64,000 nt of DNA from Mobula hypostoma (lineage: Eukaryota), in NCBI RefSeq assembly GCF_963921235.1, contig NC_086097.1:147314001-147378000 (forward strand), given 5' to 3'. This document shows positions 37,131 to 51,154 of this stretch, in pieces. The stretch's first letter is position 1, and each line of letters opens with the position of its first letter. Made by a program: the position numbers and the translations under genes. Under the pieces are notes generated by a model. The model was not told the DNA's origin and searched no databases. It saw only the letters and a list, made by a program, of their open reading frames with translations.

Positions 37131-38804
37131 AGCAGGAGATCACGTATAGCCAGGTGGAACAGAGAATTGTTCCTGTTCTTTCAAATAGCAGAAGACCTTC
37201 CTCCCCAGGTGGCCTTAAAAGCATGCAGCCCACACATGCTTGGGCCAGCGTCTAGTCCATGAGCATTGCTGATCCTTTTGATTGATTTTCTTTTAAGGAC
37301 CATGTGTACCGGTGTGAGGTCCATTACCTATGCAGCTCCTTTTGTACATTGCAGGGTAGTGCAGGTCTTTGTGTGAGTCACTGCTTTGGCCTTTTATTTA
37401 ACTCATTTTGCTTAACTTGAACTTGTGATTTTTGTGTAGCTAGTCTTAAATCTCCATGTGAACCTGTGGCACTGATGTGCTTTACTATACTGGTGTAGTA
37501 ATTTTACCTAACACACTTTATTGCATGGATGCATTTTATTTCACCGTGAAGGATAGTCGAGACTTTACCCTTTTATGAGTAATAAGCTAAAGATAGTACT
37601 ATTGCACTTTATTTGATCTGATGGTAACTCAGAAGCTGTATTTTGTTTTGAAATCGGACTTCCTCTCTATGTACAATGTTCTTAACGAAACTGGTTTGTT
37701 AATAAAATTAGTTATAACTTCAAACAACATTGCCAGACTGCCTGCCTTACAGAAGTGTACCCAGTAACCGTGTAATTACGGAGAACCAAAGGGATGAACA
37801 GCAGCCGGTTGCGTCACATCTGACCACAGTTGATGGAAGCAGACCCACAGTAAACGTGGAGCAAGAGGACATCAAGAGAGCACGACAGAAACCTGTGAAT
37901 AGCATACTGAAGTGTAATGGTAATGGTACTTTGTAATGAAGGTTGGTTGCTGAAGGTAGATGATTAGTTGTATAGCATGGAATAGAAACAATATTGGGGA
38001 AGATAGATGGGAAGGGATCTGAGCTACTGTAGAGACGCCAGGTTCACAACTTTGATGGCATGACAGACTGAGAAAGAGAAGAAATTGCACATTGCATCTG
38101 AAAGCAGTCACCCTAGCCTCAATGGGGAGTGAATTCAAAAGGGCTGGGCCCTTTCAACAGTTGGGCAGCAATCGACTGGACAGTCGAGAAGGGGGTGCCA
38201 CCAGGGAGAGGTCCTTGCAGTCATTCAGATAGAAACCACCAGAACCCCTCCTGTGCATTGGTGAGAGGGCCTGTGAGCCTGATAATTTACCCTGATGGTG
38301 ACCTTGGAAAGAGAGTAACCTCTGGTAGCCACTGCAAAGTTTTAACTAACAGAAAAGGAAGGGGTGAAGATAATGAATATGATCAAAACTGCATTCGGTC
38401 AGCAGGGAAATAGACAGCAGGCATATGAATGACAAAGCTGCATTTTTAAAGACTGTTGTTCAAATTTCTGGAACAATCTCCGTGCTTAGTGCCTTTTTGG
38501 TAGCAGTTAGGGATGATAGGGTAGATGTAGATGCACACCTGAAAACTGTCAAGACCAATCTAAAAATTGGTGAAATTGATTTTAAATTATGTACAAATGA
38601 CTGGTTCTTGTTTTAAGAGATTCTTGTTAATCTTCAGCAATGCGTTATTTTGAATTGACCTCCATTGCCTGACATCCGATATTCAGATTTGAGTTAGGAC
38701 AACATTAAAACTCAGAACAACAAAAAAGTCAGCCTCTCATGCTACAGCTCATAACAACCGAAAGTCTAATGTAATAAATGGCAAAATGTGAATTGATAAA
38801 TAGA

Positions 38805-40116
38805 TAACTTGGTTTATTACTGTCACATGTACCGAGGTACAGTGAACTGGGCGCCACAGTAACATGGTAGTTACTGTGCCGTTATTACATCTAAGGCATT
38901 CCAAAGTTCGGAGTTCAATTCCAGTGCTGTTCTGTCAGGAGTGTCTGCATATCCTCCCCCGTGGAATGTGTGGGTTTTCCCAGGGTACTCCAGTTTCCTC
39001 CCACATAACAAAGATTTACTGGATAGGTTAGTTAGTCATTGTAGATTAGGTTAGGTCAGGTTTAATTGGGGTTATGGGGATGCTGGGGCAGCATGGCTTG
39101 AAGGGCTGAAGGGCCTACTCCTCACTGTATAGCTAAATAAAATAAATTTTCGAAAAACTTATCTTGCAGATTGTTTATATGGATCAGTTTGTTACAACAT
39201 TGCATTAAGGTGATACAAGGGAAATAATAGAGTGCAGAATAAAGTGTAACAGTGAAGATAAGAAATTAGGTGAAAGATCACAATGAGAATGATTGTTAGA
39301 TTAAGAATCCGTCGATAATTTTATAACAGCAGGATAGAAACTGTCCTTGGGCATCTTGGTAAGTGTTTTTAGGCTTTTTGAATCTTTTGACCAATGGGAG
39401 AGGGAGAAAAGGGAATATCTGAGGTGGGTAGAGTCTTTGATTATGGTGACTGCTTTACCACAGCAGCACGAAGAGTAGACAGAGCCTATGGAGGTGTGGA
39501 TAGTTCCCATGCTGAGTGGAGCTGTTTACACAACTCTGTGCAGTTTCTTCTATGGACAGTGCATTTGCCATACAAGTCACAATACATTCAGAAAGGATGC
39601 TTTAATGGTGCATTGATAAAAATTAGTGAGAGTCAAAGGACTCGTGTCAAAATCTCTATAGGCTCCTGAGGAAGTAGAGGCACGTTTAAACTTCCTTGGG
39701 AGTGATGCCTATGTGGTTGGACAATGACATGCTATTCATGAAGTTCTCAAACCTCTCAATCTCAGCACCATTGATGGAAACAGGGGCATGTGCTCCACCC
39801 CTTTCCTGAAGTCAACAACCAGCTATTTTGTGTTGTTGACCTTGAAGGAAAGGAGGTTGTTATTACTCATGTCACTAGGTTGTCTCCTTTCTGTACTCTA
39901 ACTCTGCTGCAAACCTGTGGGTACAGTTAGAGCAGAACCTGACCAGGTGGTAGACAAGGGGACTGAGGACACAGCGTTGTGTGGCAGTGGTGTTGAGAAT
40001 AACTGTGATGGAGGTGTTGCTGCCGAACCTTACTAATTGCAGTCTGTTGGTCAGAAAGTCAAGAATGTATTTACAAAAGGAGGTGTTGAGCCCCAGGCCT
40101 GGGAGTTTGGTAATAG
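38805..40116 (-). mobile_element. Rex1-type LINE fragments
   Basis: LGLNTSFCKYILDFLTNRLQLVR; GKAVTIIKD; tttatt.tcacatgtaccgaggtacagtgaa 3' end. Confidence 0.75.
38849..39147 (+). mobile_element. V-SINE (HE1-like) with a CR1-type 3' tail
   Basis: tRNA-like head with gagttcaattcc B box; V-domain gtgggtttt..gggtactccagtttcctcccaca; gaagggcct tail; aaataaaataaa. Confidence 0.75.
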
Positions 40117-40500
40117 TCATAGATTCATAAAGAAGTACAGTGCAGAGACAGGTCCTTCAGCCCAGGTAGTCACATCGGCCTGCACCCGGGCCATAGTCCT
40201 TCATACCTCTACCATCCATGTACCTATCCAAACCTCGCTTACATGTTCAAATTGAGCTTGCATGCACCACTTGTGCTAGCATCTCGTTCCAACTCTCACG
40301 ACCTGAATGAAAAAGTTTCCCCTCATGTTCCCCTTAAACCTTTTACTTTTCTCCCTTTACCCATGACCTCTGGTTGTAGTCCCACCCAATCTCAGCGGAA
40401 AAAGCTTGTTTACATTTAGCTTACCTACCCACTCATAACTCTGTATGACTCTATCAAATCTCCTCTCAATCTTCTACGTTTTAAGGAATAAAGTCCTAAC
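40117..40500 (-). mobile_element. CR1 3' end
   Basis: acaggtccttcagccc; aaaaagtttcccctcatgttccccttaaac. Confidence 0.8.
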
Positions 40501-41849
40501 CTGTGCAGGATCTAAGAACACAGCCAAGGACAAATGCTTTACATGCGTTCACTCTCAGGAAGAATAATTTTACTGTGGGTTCAGGTACATTGAAAGCTTT
40601 CAGGATGGGTGGCGACATTACAATCCCCTTCAGTTCAAAACGTGCCTGGAATGTATTAAGCTGATCTGGAAGAGGTGTGTTGCTGTTGATGATGCTGCTC
40701 TACTTTGTTTTGTAGCCAAATGTAGCATGTAAGCCCTGCCACAAATGGCAGCTGGGCGGAGACTCAAGTTTAGACTGGCATTGTCCATTGGCATCCCTGA
40801 TATATCTGTGGGGGTCAAATCTCAATTTCTTGTAAAGGTCAATGTCATCTGATATGAACATTGCAGTTCTAGACTTCATTAGGCAGTGGATCTCCTGGTT
40901 TATCTATGGTTTCCAGATTGGGGACACCCAGATTGCCCTTTTTGGTGCACAGTCCTCAACACCGTTACTAATAAAATCCATGACAGAGGTGGCATACTCA
41001 CCCAGACCAGAAGCTGAGTCTTGGAACATTTAAGTTTAATCGGTGTGCTGTCAATTTTGCCTCCTACGACCCAACCAAGAACAAAGAAAGCTTTAAGTTG
41101 GAACAGCTGCTCGAACTCTTGTCATCCTTTCTGCTGTAAATTTAAAACAATGCTGGTGAGCTGAGAGCTCGCCAACACTTACAGATGGGCTGATGGAAAC
41201 AGAACACTGGCATCTGAAAAGAAAAACAACCCAGAAATAATTGTTAGGATATTTCCCTCTGGTGAAAAACAGCCCCTTTTTTAAAAAAACATGGTATGGA
41301 AACAAAATTACGCGGTTATGTATGGAGCCCAAGTTGCCCTCAGCTCTTTCGTTCTTCCCTGCTTGTGCCTCTTGCTTCTGCAGGCATCTCACACATTTCA
41401 TACATATTTTTCTTTCCTTCTTAACCTGGGGACATATCACCAACTCCCTTTCTTTCATCTATTTTTTTTCAACAAGAATTTCCTTAGATTTGCTCTCACC
41501 CTGCTGTTGAAAGCTTCCTAGAATTGCACTGGAAACATCACTTCATTTAGTCATACCAGTCTAAATTGATATTTCAATGGAATCAGACAAATAGCTCCTT
41601 TGTCTGAGATAGCCGCCCTGAAATACAATCACGTCGCTGATTTTTGGTTTTCTATCCATGACTGAGACTATTTTTCTTCCCCAATTAAAATGCGGATGGA
41701 ACCTTAACCTCAGGTAGCCCCCTGAGCCCTGTTTACAACCAAAATATGTAGCAAAGGATCCAAATCTGAAATAACTGTTTGCACCCTGCTGTTGCACCAG
41801 TCTAGCACACTTACTTGGAAGTACTTGAATTTCTAGGCAAGCGTTTTTC

Positions 41850-42737
41850 AAGTGAAAGATTCGCTGGCTGAGTGGCACCATAACAACAACCTCTTACTCA
41901 ATGTCAGCAAGACCAGGGAGCTGATTATTAACTTCAGGAGGAGAAAACCAGAGGTCCATAAGCCAGTCCTCATCAGGACAGGGTCAGCAAAGTTGAATTC
42001 CTCATTGTTATTATTTTGGAGGACATGTCCTGGGCTAGCATGTAGCTTATTTACGAAGAAAGCACAGCAGTGCCTCTACTTCCTTAAGAGTTTGTGGAGG
42101 TTCTATATAAAACTTATAAAAAAACTTCTATAGCTGTGTATCGGAAAGCACATTGACTGATTGTATCACAGCCTGGTATGGAAACACCAATGCCCTTGAA
42201 CAGAAAATCCTACAACATGTACTGGATATGGCTCAGTCTATCATGGCTAAAGCCCTTTCCACCATTCAGGTCATCTACATGAAATGCTGTTGCAGGAAAG
42301 CAGCATCCATCAATCTGGAGCCCCACCACGCTCTTTTGGCACTGCTTCCATCAGGAAGAAGGTACAGGAACCTCAGGACTCGCGCCACCAGGCTCCGGAA
42401 CAGTTGCTACCCCTCAACCAACAATTCTTGAACCAAAGAGGATAGCTTCACTCAACTTCACTTGCCCAATCACTGAAATGTTCCCAAATGGACTCACTTT
42501 CAAGGACTTTTCATCTCATATTCTCGATATTCATGATTTATTTATTTATTTATTATTATTCTTTTAGTATTTGCACAGTTTGTTGTCTTTTGCACACTGA
42601 CTGAACACCTATTGATTCTGTTATGGTTATTATTCTATAGATTTATTGAGTTTGCCCACAAGAAAATGAATCTCAGGGTTGCATATGATAACATGTATTT
42701 ACTTTGATAACAAACTTACTTTGAACTTTGAACTTTA
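41850..42737 (+). mobile_element. Rex1/Babar 3' portion
   Basis: NNLLLNVSKTRELII, CITAWYGN, LPSGRRYR; (ttgaact)n tail. Confidence 0.85.
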
Positions 42738-42830
42738 AACCGAGGCCCCTTCATCCTTCTCAGCAGTTCTAAAACTATCTGAAGAACAGATTATCCAGAA
42801 CAAATTATCCAGTCATATAGCTCCTTGGTT
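42735..42830 (+). mobile_element. DeuSINE (SacSINE1-like) relic
   Basis: ttaaaccgaggcccc..ttctcag Deu-domain-like motif. Confidence 0.4.
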
Positions 42831-43676
42831 GATGATGAAATAGGGACATAAATTGATCCATTTCTCCTATTTTAATGTGGTAGTTATACATCTTCATTCC
42901 TTTACTAACTGGGTCATTTTATTAGTCAAACAAAAGTTGAGTGAAAAATCTTGGCACAAACACAACCAGTAATTTAAAGCTGGATGGAAACAATTCTTCA
43001 TTCTTCATTTTGACGGAATGCAATCTGACATTAATTAATGTTGAAGCAGTGTTCTGGGTATGATTAGAAGTCACAAAATGACATCTTTTGTGAATAATAA
43101 TTAAATCTTGGGTACAAGTTAGAAATGTTAACAGTTCACATTAGTTATCTTGTATTTCAGTGCTGCTGAGCCATAATAAGATTATTGATCTACAATGTGA
43201 AGTGCTTGCCCAGGTTTGACTTAGATTACGGTCTGAATTCTGTTGATTTCTACATGAGTGGAGAAGCTTTCCTTGTGCTACTTCTTCGAGAAAGGAAGCT
43301 GCTTTGCCGTTGAAAACCTTTTTCAAGCAAAATAAACCAGTGATGCTTCTGCCTGCAGCTTTCTCATTTGAAAGAATGCCAGTATCAGGTGCTTTCAGTT
43401 GCTAAGCTTTGTCAAATCAATGCCACCTTTGCTAAACCTGCGTCCAAGTTACATTTTTGTGGGTACACAGCTTCTAAGATCCTATAGCCTTACGGCCTCT
43501 GTTGTTCTGTGAGCTGTGGCAGGCCAATAGGCCAAGTGGAGGAAAGTAAGACCACAGCCAAGGACTGCCTTGGCGGCTGACAGTTAGTACCAAAGGTTTG
43601 CACCATGGTTTCCAAGTATGTGATGATCAGAACTTCAAAAAAGTAAATAACTAGAAATATATTAAACTGAGAAAAA

Positions 43677-44501
43677 CAGTGGAATCCAGTTCATTGCGCT
43701 ATCTGCTACTCGGGGCAACTGTTTACTTGAGACAGTTCTTAAAGAACAAACATTAATTGAGGAGAATAGCCGGGTTTTCTTCATTTATTTGGGACAATAT
43801 GCCACTTAATTGGGACAGGAGATTGTTGCTGAACAGTATCTAACTAGTGTCAAACGTGTGCACTTGGTGTGGCTGTTAGATACTACACTGTGCTTAGAAC
43901 AAACAGTTTTCTCGCTTGTTTTTCAGTTTTTAAATAGTGTCAGTTGAGTGTGTTTGTGTTCAGAAAGCAGTGATTAGTGTCATTGATAGTTGGTGAAAAA
44001 TGAGCAGTAAGACAATTCAGACCTGTTTTGCTCACTGCAGTTTCAAGCATGAAGGTTCAGAGATGCCAGGAAATGCCAGAAGTGAAGATGAAACAATTTC
44101 ACTACTTCAACAAGTTAGGGCCTACGAAAAATTTGAAAAGATATTAACAATCATCTTGAACGTTACAATGAAAATGAAGATTTGAAGGAAGCAACTGTCG
44201 AAACCATTGTATGAAGGTAGTCCATTATCTGCAGTAGGTGGCTGCACTGTCTATTCATTTACAGTCAGTCAAGAGATCACTGCAGCACATTGATAAGGAA
44301 CTACAAACAGTCTTAAAGTACGGTAGTGTTCCAATTTGTTCTGTATTTCATTAAATACATAATTTAAATACAGTTAAATAGTAGTTTGTCTTTTTTTATA
44401 CTTTTAACTATTTCCATGGAAACATTGGTAAATTGGGACAGCTGCTGAATTGAGTCAAAATACATTGGTCCTGATACGTCCCAATCGACTGGAATCCACT
44501 C
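43677..44501 (+). mobile_element. Tigger/pogo-like non-autonomous DNA transposon
   Basis: Imperfect TIRs cagtggaatccagtt / gactggaatccactc+TA; repeated aattgggaca; transposase remnant SW*KMSSKTIQTCFAHCSF. Confidence 0.7.
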
Positions 44502-44619
44502 TATTGTAAAAAAAAAATGTCATTTGTTGAAAGATTCCATTTTTACTAATTGACAGAGAGTAGAACTATATAATAAAATTAAGAAGGCATCATTTTAGGG
44601 ATATTTATGGATATTGCTC

Positions 44620-45450
44620 AAAAAACCAACATTTATTTACATTCCTAATTAGCCTTGAAGGTCATAGGAAGCTACCCTCTTGGAATGGTACTGTTTTTCT
44701 CTTGAAGATACTTCCACCGTGTCTTGTGTAGGAATTTTTAAGATTTATACCAAGAAACAAAAAGAAAGTGTTATATTTCTAACTCATAATAGTGTGTGAC
44801 TTGAAGGAGTGCCTACAGCATTCCCTTATCTGCTGCCTTTGTTCTTCACAGGTGGTACAAGTCGTAGGGATAGAAGGCACTGTTGGGGTATGTATTTTGG
44901 AGACTGTATATACTGTGCATGGTGGTGGATGTGCTGCCAATTAAATCAGTTGCTTTGTCTTGGATGATGTTGAGGTTGTTGAGAGTTGTTATTTCTACAC
45001 TCACCCCAGCAAGTGGACTGCATTCAGTCATTCAGTCTGGTTTCTGATATGTGGCTCATAGGTGAAGGTTAGATTGGTGGGTGAAATCATTGAGTCACTT
45101 GCTACAAGGTACCCAGCCTGTGACCTGTACTTACAGTCACACAATATATCTGGTTGGTCCAACTGAGTTTCTAGTCCATGGACACTTCCAGGATAATGAA
45201 AGTGAGGTAATTCAGCAGTGGTAATAACATAGAACGTCTTGCAGACTCTCTTGCTGGAGATGTTCATTGCCTGACACTATAGTTGCATGAATGTCATCTT
45301 GGTCTTCCAGCATGCATGTGTGGGCCACTACAATCTGCTCAAGGGCTGTGAGTGAACCTGAATGCTGTGCAATCGTTAGCAAACATTCCCACCCTGAACT
45401 CGTTATGAAAAAAAGTCATTAATGAAGCAGCTGAAAATGGCTGGGCCATA
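44620..45450 (-). mobile_element. Ancient LINE RT fragment (CR1/L2-like)
   Basis: LNIIQDKATDLIG-like remnant; heavily decayed. Confidence 0.45.
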
Positions 45451-45920
45451 TTCACCTACGTAAGCTTGCCTTTTAAATGAAGATTGGTCACTTCATTCAA
45501 CCGAGTAAGGTCCAGATGAATATATCAGCAATGGTATGTAGAAAACAGGGAAAGATGGATCTCAGCATTGTATACTGCATCCATACATTAATAATAAATG
45601 TACTCTGAAATTTTGAAACTTTTGCTCAAAGGGCTAGATAGCCTATCCCAGATCATTTTTTAAAAGTTTTAGCATTGCAAGAGAATGGTACTTCAACTGA
45701 ATTTCCCACCATCTCTGCAGATAAAGGATATGGCTCTCAGAGGAAATTTTTTCTTGTCCTGTAACAGAGAAGCCCGTCTTCCCCACACCTAACCCCGCCC
45801 CCAAAACTTCCAATTCATCAAGTCATCCACTCAAAGCAATCCCCACATTTCTTTCTTGTTTTTATCAATGAGCAACAAGTGAAAATACTGCACTCGTCGT
45901 GACTGCTAATTGGATTGTCG

Positions 45921-46340
45921 TACTTACTACCCATTACACCACTGGTGTTTAGCGCAGGAATTAAGGTCCATCTCTGGCAGTACTCAGTGCTTCCTTCATC
46001 ATGTTAGTAGCTACCTCTGGGGTTTCACTACGCCAGTCATGAAAGTCCTGGGTGGAGACTCAGGAACACCATCACATTCAAATGTAGAAGGATTCTTCAT
46101 TGCTGTTTCCGTAACAGTTTATATTGCCAGTCAGGGTTGTTAGCTCTGATCTGACCCCCCTGCACCTGGAGGATTTGTGGACCACTCTTAGTCTGGCCTC
46201 TACTCTTTGACCTGTTTGGCATGGATGACCCTACCAGGAACCAAAGCATAAAGCCCTGACCCCAGCCAGCACAGCTCTCTTGGTCATTGAGACAGGCAAA
46301 CCTCCAAAACCAACAACAAAACTGTGGTCCCCTTGGAGGT
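45921..46340 (-). mobile_element. Short non-autonomous RTE-like retroposon
   Basis: RTE-type 5' UTR motifs (gagtggtccac..cctccaggt..gctaacaaccc) joined to a short 3' end with an agtaagta tail. Confidence 0.5.
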
Positions 46341-47009
46341 AATAGGATTGTGTCAGCTGTTATAGTCCGAGAGACACCTCTGCCAGAATCATTACAGTGA
46401 AAGGGCAATAATGGCATTACAAATCTCCAGTAACTACCAAGTGGACCCTCTGTGTAGTAAATAGAGTTCTTGCACTTTCAAATTGTATCAGTCCATACTT
46501 GGGACACTGAACTCAACACCAGATGACAAGTCACTAAAAAAGCTTTTTACTTGCTTTCATTTATCCCACTAGGGGCATCACACCTCTGCTGATAGTTATT
46601 ATATTTAGAAAGATTCAGAAATATCAATCAAATGAATGTATCACATTAATGATTCAGAGTACAAAATCTGCTTTTGCTTTGCAAGTAACATGTAGGTGGG
46701 CTTTTCAGAGATGAGCTAACAGGAAATATGGAAGTTCATTTTGAATAAGTAAATAAAATGGTCTGCAATTCTTGGCAAAAGCAGTGGCAGCCTGCTTCTC
46801 AGAGAACTCCATCTCCACAAGAAAGAGGCAAAACTGCAGGATCCCATAACCTACATATGGGTGCCCAGGGAGATAGTACTATTCCATAATATAAAACTAT
46901 TTTATACTGTAAATTCATTAAGTCTTGATCCAATCTGATGTAGTGTGCCATGATATCTTTCATTAAAATTTGGAGAAATACAGTATCTTGCTCCGGAGGT
47001 AAAAGATAT

Positions 47010-47200
47010 ATTTATAAAGAATCTTCACTATCCCTTTTAGATGATCCCAAAATACTTTAAAACCAATGAAATCTTTTAAGTCAGTTACAATTGCATGTAA
47101 AGTAGCAATCAGTTTGCAGATAATAAACTACAAAAAACCACGGTGAAAATGATCAGAATCAGTTTTTGAGATCTTCAAAATCATGCCAATTATGCCAAAC
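47010..47200 (-). mobile_element. DeuSINE (SacSINE1-like) 3' relic
   Basis: tcccaaaatacttta.aaccaatgaa...aatgatcagaatc pattern. Confidence 0.45.
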
Positions 47201-47235
47201 TTGGCTGAATGGTTAACTCCTGCTTACAAAAAGTT

Positions 47236-49590
47236 ATAGAGTGAACAGCATCGAAATAGGCCTTCAGCCCAACTCATCCATGCTGATCATGGTGGCCACC
47301 AATGCCCATGTTTGGCCTATATAGCTCTAAACTCCTCTTATTGATATACTTGCCCAAATGTCTTTTAAATGTTGTTATTGCACATGCCTGAACAACCTCC
47401 TCTGGCAGCTCTGTCCATATACAGCTCACTATAATACCTCCACAATCTCTTCATCCACCTTCTTTAAAATCCTGTGGTGTATTCCATCTGGTCCAGGTGA
47501 TTTATCTACCTTCAGACCTTTCCATTTCCCAACAACCCTCTCCTTTATAATGCACATACTTCTGCCCCCTGACTCTCTTGAACTTCTGGCATACTGCTAG
47601 TGTCATCCACTGTGCAGACTGATGCAAAATACTTATTCAGTTTGTCCACGACTATTGCAGCATTGCCCTTTTGACATCTTGCTATCTTGATTGGCTTGGT
47701 AAGCAGGATAAGAGTTGGCAAACAGTGTTCAATTTGGGTGTACAAAGTGTTGCATTTTGGGAAGTCTCAGCAGAGTAGGACTTGTACAGTGAGCATTCAG
47801 TACTTGGAGGTGCTATGGAGCAGAGTAACCTTGGAATACAAGTACATAGTTCACTGAAAGCAGCACTACAGTTTAAGAAGGTGTTTAGCAAGCTGGTTTC
47901 ATCACTCAGTGAGTACAGGAGGTGGAATGTTATGTACTGTGTTTAGTTTTGGTTACCCTGGTATAGGAAAGGCAACATTAAACTTTCAAGGGTGCAGAGG
48001 AAATGCTGAAAGAACTCAAAGAATTAAGATATGGGAAGAGTTTGCGCAGGCTAGGACTTTATTCCTTGGAACATAGGAGACTGAGGAGTGACCCTATGGA
48101 GGTGTATAAAATCATGAGGAGTTGAGATACCGTGAACACATCCAGCCTATTTCCCAAGGAAAGGGAGGCCATAGGTTTAAGATAAAAGGTGAAAGACTTA
48201 AATTGGACCCAAAGGACAAGGAGCCACACATGCGGCTGCTTAACAAATTAAGAGCCCATGGTATTGCAGGAAAGATACTAGCATGGATAGAGCATTGCTG
48301 ATTGGCAGGTGGAAAAGAATGGGAACAAAGTCTTTTCTGGTTGGCTGCAGGTGACTAGCAGTGTTCCACAAGAGCCTATGCTGGGACTGCTCCTTTTTGT
48401 GCTATATCTCAGTGATTTGGATGGCAGAATTGAAGGCTTTGTGGTTAAGTTTGTGGACAATACAAAGACAGTTGGAGGAGTAGGTAGTTTTGAGGAAGTA
48501 GAGAGGCTACAGAAGGGCTGAGACAGAATAGGAGAATCGGCAAAGATGTGGCAAACGGATGACAGTGTCAGGAAGTATATGGTCATGCACTTCGGTAGAA
48601 GAAATAAAAGTGAAAACTATTTTCTAAATGGAAAGAAAATCCAAAAATCTAAGGTGCAAAGTGACCTGAGAGTCCTTGTGCATAAGTCCTTGTGATAAAC
48701 ACAAGTTACCCTAAAGGCTAACTTGTATGTTCGGTTGTTGGAGCAAAAATAAAATGTGATGTTACCATTCATTTCTTGAGGACTAGAATATAAAAGCAAG
48801 GATGTAATGTTGCTGCTTTATAGAATGTTGGTTAGGCCTCACCTGGAGTATTGTGAACAGTTTTGAGTCCCTTAACTGAGAAAGCATGTGCTAAATTGGA
48901 GAGGGTTCAAAGGAAGTTCACAGAAATTATTCCAGAATTGAACGGCTTGTCATATGAGGAGTGTTTGATGGCTCAGAGTGTGTATTCATTGGAATTCAGA
49001 AGAATGAGGGGTAACCTCATTGAATTCTATTGAATGTTTAAAGACATCAATAGAGTGGATGTGGAGAGGACATTTTATACAGTGGTAGAGTCCAAGACCA
49101 GAGGACACAGACTCAGAATAGAGATATATTTCATCTCCTTTTAGAATGGAGATGAGGAGTTTCTTTCGCCAGAGAGCAGTGAGTCTGTTGAATTCGGTGT
49201 CTCAGGTAGCTGTGGAGGGCAAGTCATTGAGTTTAAATCAGAGATTGGATTTAAGTCAGAGGCTGATAGATTCTTGATTAATCAGGACATGAAGGGATAG
49301 AGGGGGAAGGCAGGAGACTGGGGGTGAGAGGGAAAATCAATCAGCCATGATGAGATGGCAGAGTAGACTCAATCGGCCAAACGGCCTAATTCTGCTTAAG
49401 ACCTCTGGAATTTTTGATAACCTTTTTCACAGTCTATGATATCACTAATTAGTGTCATCTGCAAATTAACTAAATATGCCTTATTTATTCACATCCAAAT
49501 CATTTATATAAAGAAGAAACAACAAAGGTCCCCGCACCGACCCCTGTGGCTCACCACTAATCACAGATCCCCAGTATAAGAAACAATTTT
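47236..49590. mobile_element. Cluster of about five CR1 fragments in both orientations
   Basis: Minus 47236-47650; plus 47670-48215 and 48218-49395 (SSVPQEPMLG, KFVDNTK, 3' UTR); minus 49400-49590. Confidence 0.8.
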
Positions 49591-50404
49591 CATGTTCTTT
49601 TGCTCACCCAATTTCTGATACATAACGAGTGAGTGAAGAATATGAGACACAATGATTTCTTCATCCCAAATCAACACATCAGTTTTTGGCAAAAGCTCTT
49701 TTCAATGATTGATAAGATTTCATTTTCCTCTCCCTAAACTCAAACTCTAGTATCAATTTTTTACAAATTTGGTCTCCGGGTGTGGACAAGTTGACAAACA
49801 CAAGTTTATAACAGTTGCAAGGAACCCTGAGGAGTATAAGGCATGCTTTCATTTGAAACATTGCACCTGCTTTAATAATTCTCATAAAAGGTTTTTCAGA
49901 ATTTTGATTCATTGTAGAAAAGCAATCAAATTTAATTTTCTCCTTATACAAGTGATTCCAGACAATAAAATATAATACACTGAACCTTGAGGGTATTTGA
50001 TAAACTGCAAAATTAAGCTTTCTTATATGGGGAGCATTTGGTCAGAAGTTGTGAACCTATGTCACATTCAGCACCATCCCTCAATTCTTTAAACCCCAGC
50101 CATAATAACAAGAGAAGTAATGCCTATACTTGTATTAAAACAAGCAGCAAATGGTTCTTTACAACCCAACAGCAGTGGTATGGTTTTGCACCACCTTGAT
50201 ACCAGCTAGGCAGTTGTGAGAACATATGTTGGATAATACATTTTGAAATCCTTGCAGACCTGGTGTACATATCAGTATTTGGAGAGTAAGCAGTTACATT
50301 GACAATACTATTTAGAAAGAATGTTACTTTTCCATTGTGTTTTTAAATTATTATTATTAATATTCAACAAGTTTTCAATAGGTGATCTGGGTGGAGTCTA
50401 GGAG

Positions 50405-51120
50405 GGATAATGGCGCCTAACGGCCACTCCTTTGCTTGCATCTTTGAAAACAGCTCTATTTCCACCTTTAATAACTTTATTTTTTCCTTTCAGGGTTCTC
50501 TTGAAGACCCTGATCTGGAGTTACACACAGGTTTTGGTTCTTTGTGGGAATGGGACCTGTTCTCGAGGTTCCATGACTGGCCGCTATTAGACATGATTTG
50601 GCCTGAGAATCTCGATGTGTTTAGAAGCCTAAGATCTTGGGGCTCTGGGCAATCTTGGGGATCTTGGGCGATCTTCATACGCAGAGCTCGAAAAAAGTGA
50701 CATAACGGACTTTTAAGATTGTAAACCAGCAGGTTGTTGTTATGTCTCCCGCTCACTGTGAAAATGGGGTCACCTCCCTCTCCCTTGCCAGGGAGAGAGA
50801 GAACCTGTGGGTTATCAAATTTCGGATGAAATGCGAGGCCTTTGGGGTAACTTTGGTGTGTGTCTTTGCTATTGCTTAGCACACGCTTAGGCTCGGTTAT
50901 GGTAACGATGTGTGTTTATTTTTGCTGGTGGGGGAGGGGGATTGTTGCTTGCTGCCGCTTACGCACAGGAGGGGAGAGCTGGGGGGCACTTTGGGGTTCT
51001 CACATTTAACTGTCGCTCATTCTTTGGGGCACTTCTCTGTTTTCGTGAATGTTTTGTGAAGATAAAGCATTTCAGAATGTATATTGTATACATTTCTCTG
51101 AGATTAAACGACCTTTGAAT
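50405..51120 (+). mobile_element. Non-autonomous retroposon 'family A', near full length
   Basis: 5' atggcgcctaacggccactcctttgcttgcatc; 3' attaaa..tttgaa; homologous to the reverse complement of 60507-61301. Confidence 0.7.
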
Positions 51121-51154
51121 ATCTCTGCTGCAGTGGCTAATACATATAACTATT

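Noticed and set aside
37300..37730. Putative 3' LTR of the ERV-like relic
   Set aside because: Has AATAAA but no clear PPT, TG..CA boundaries or partner LTR in the window
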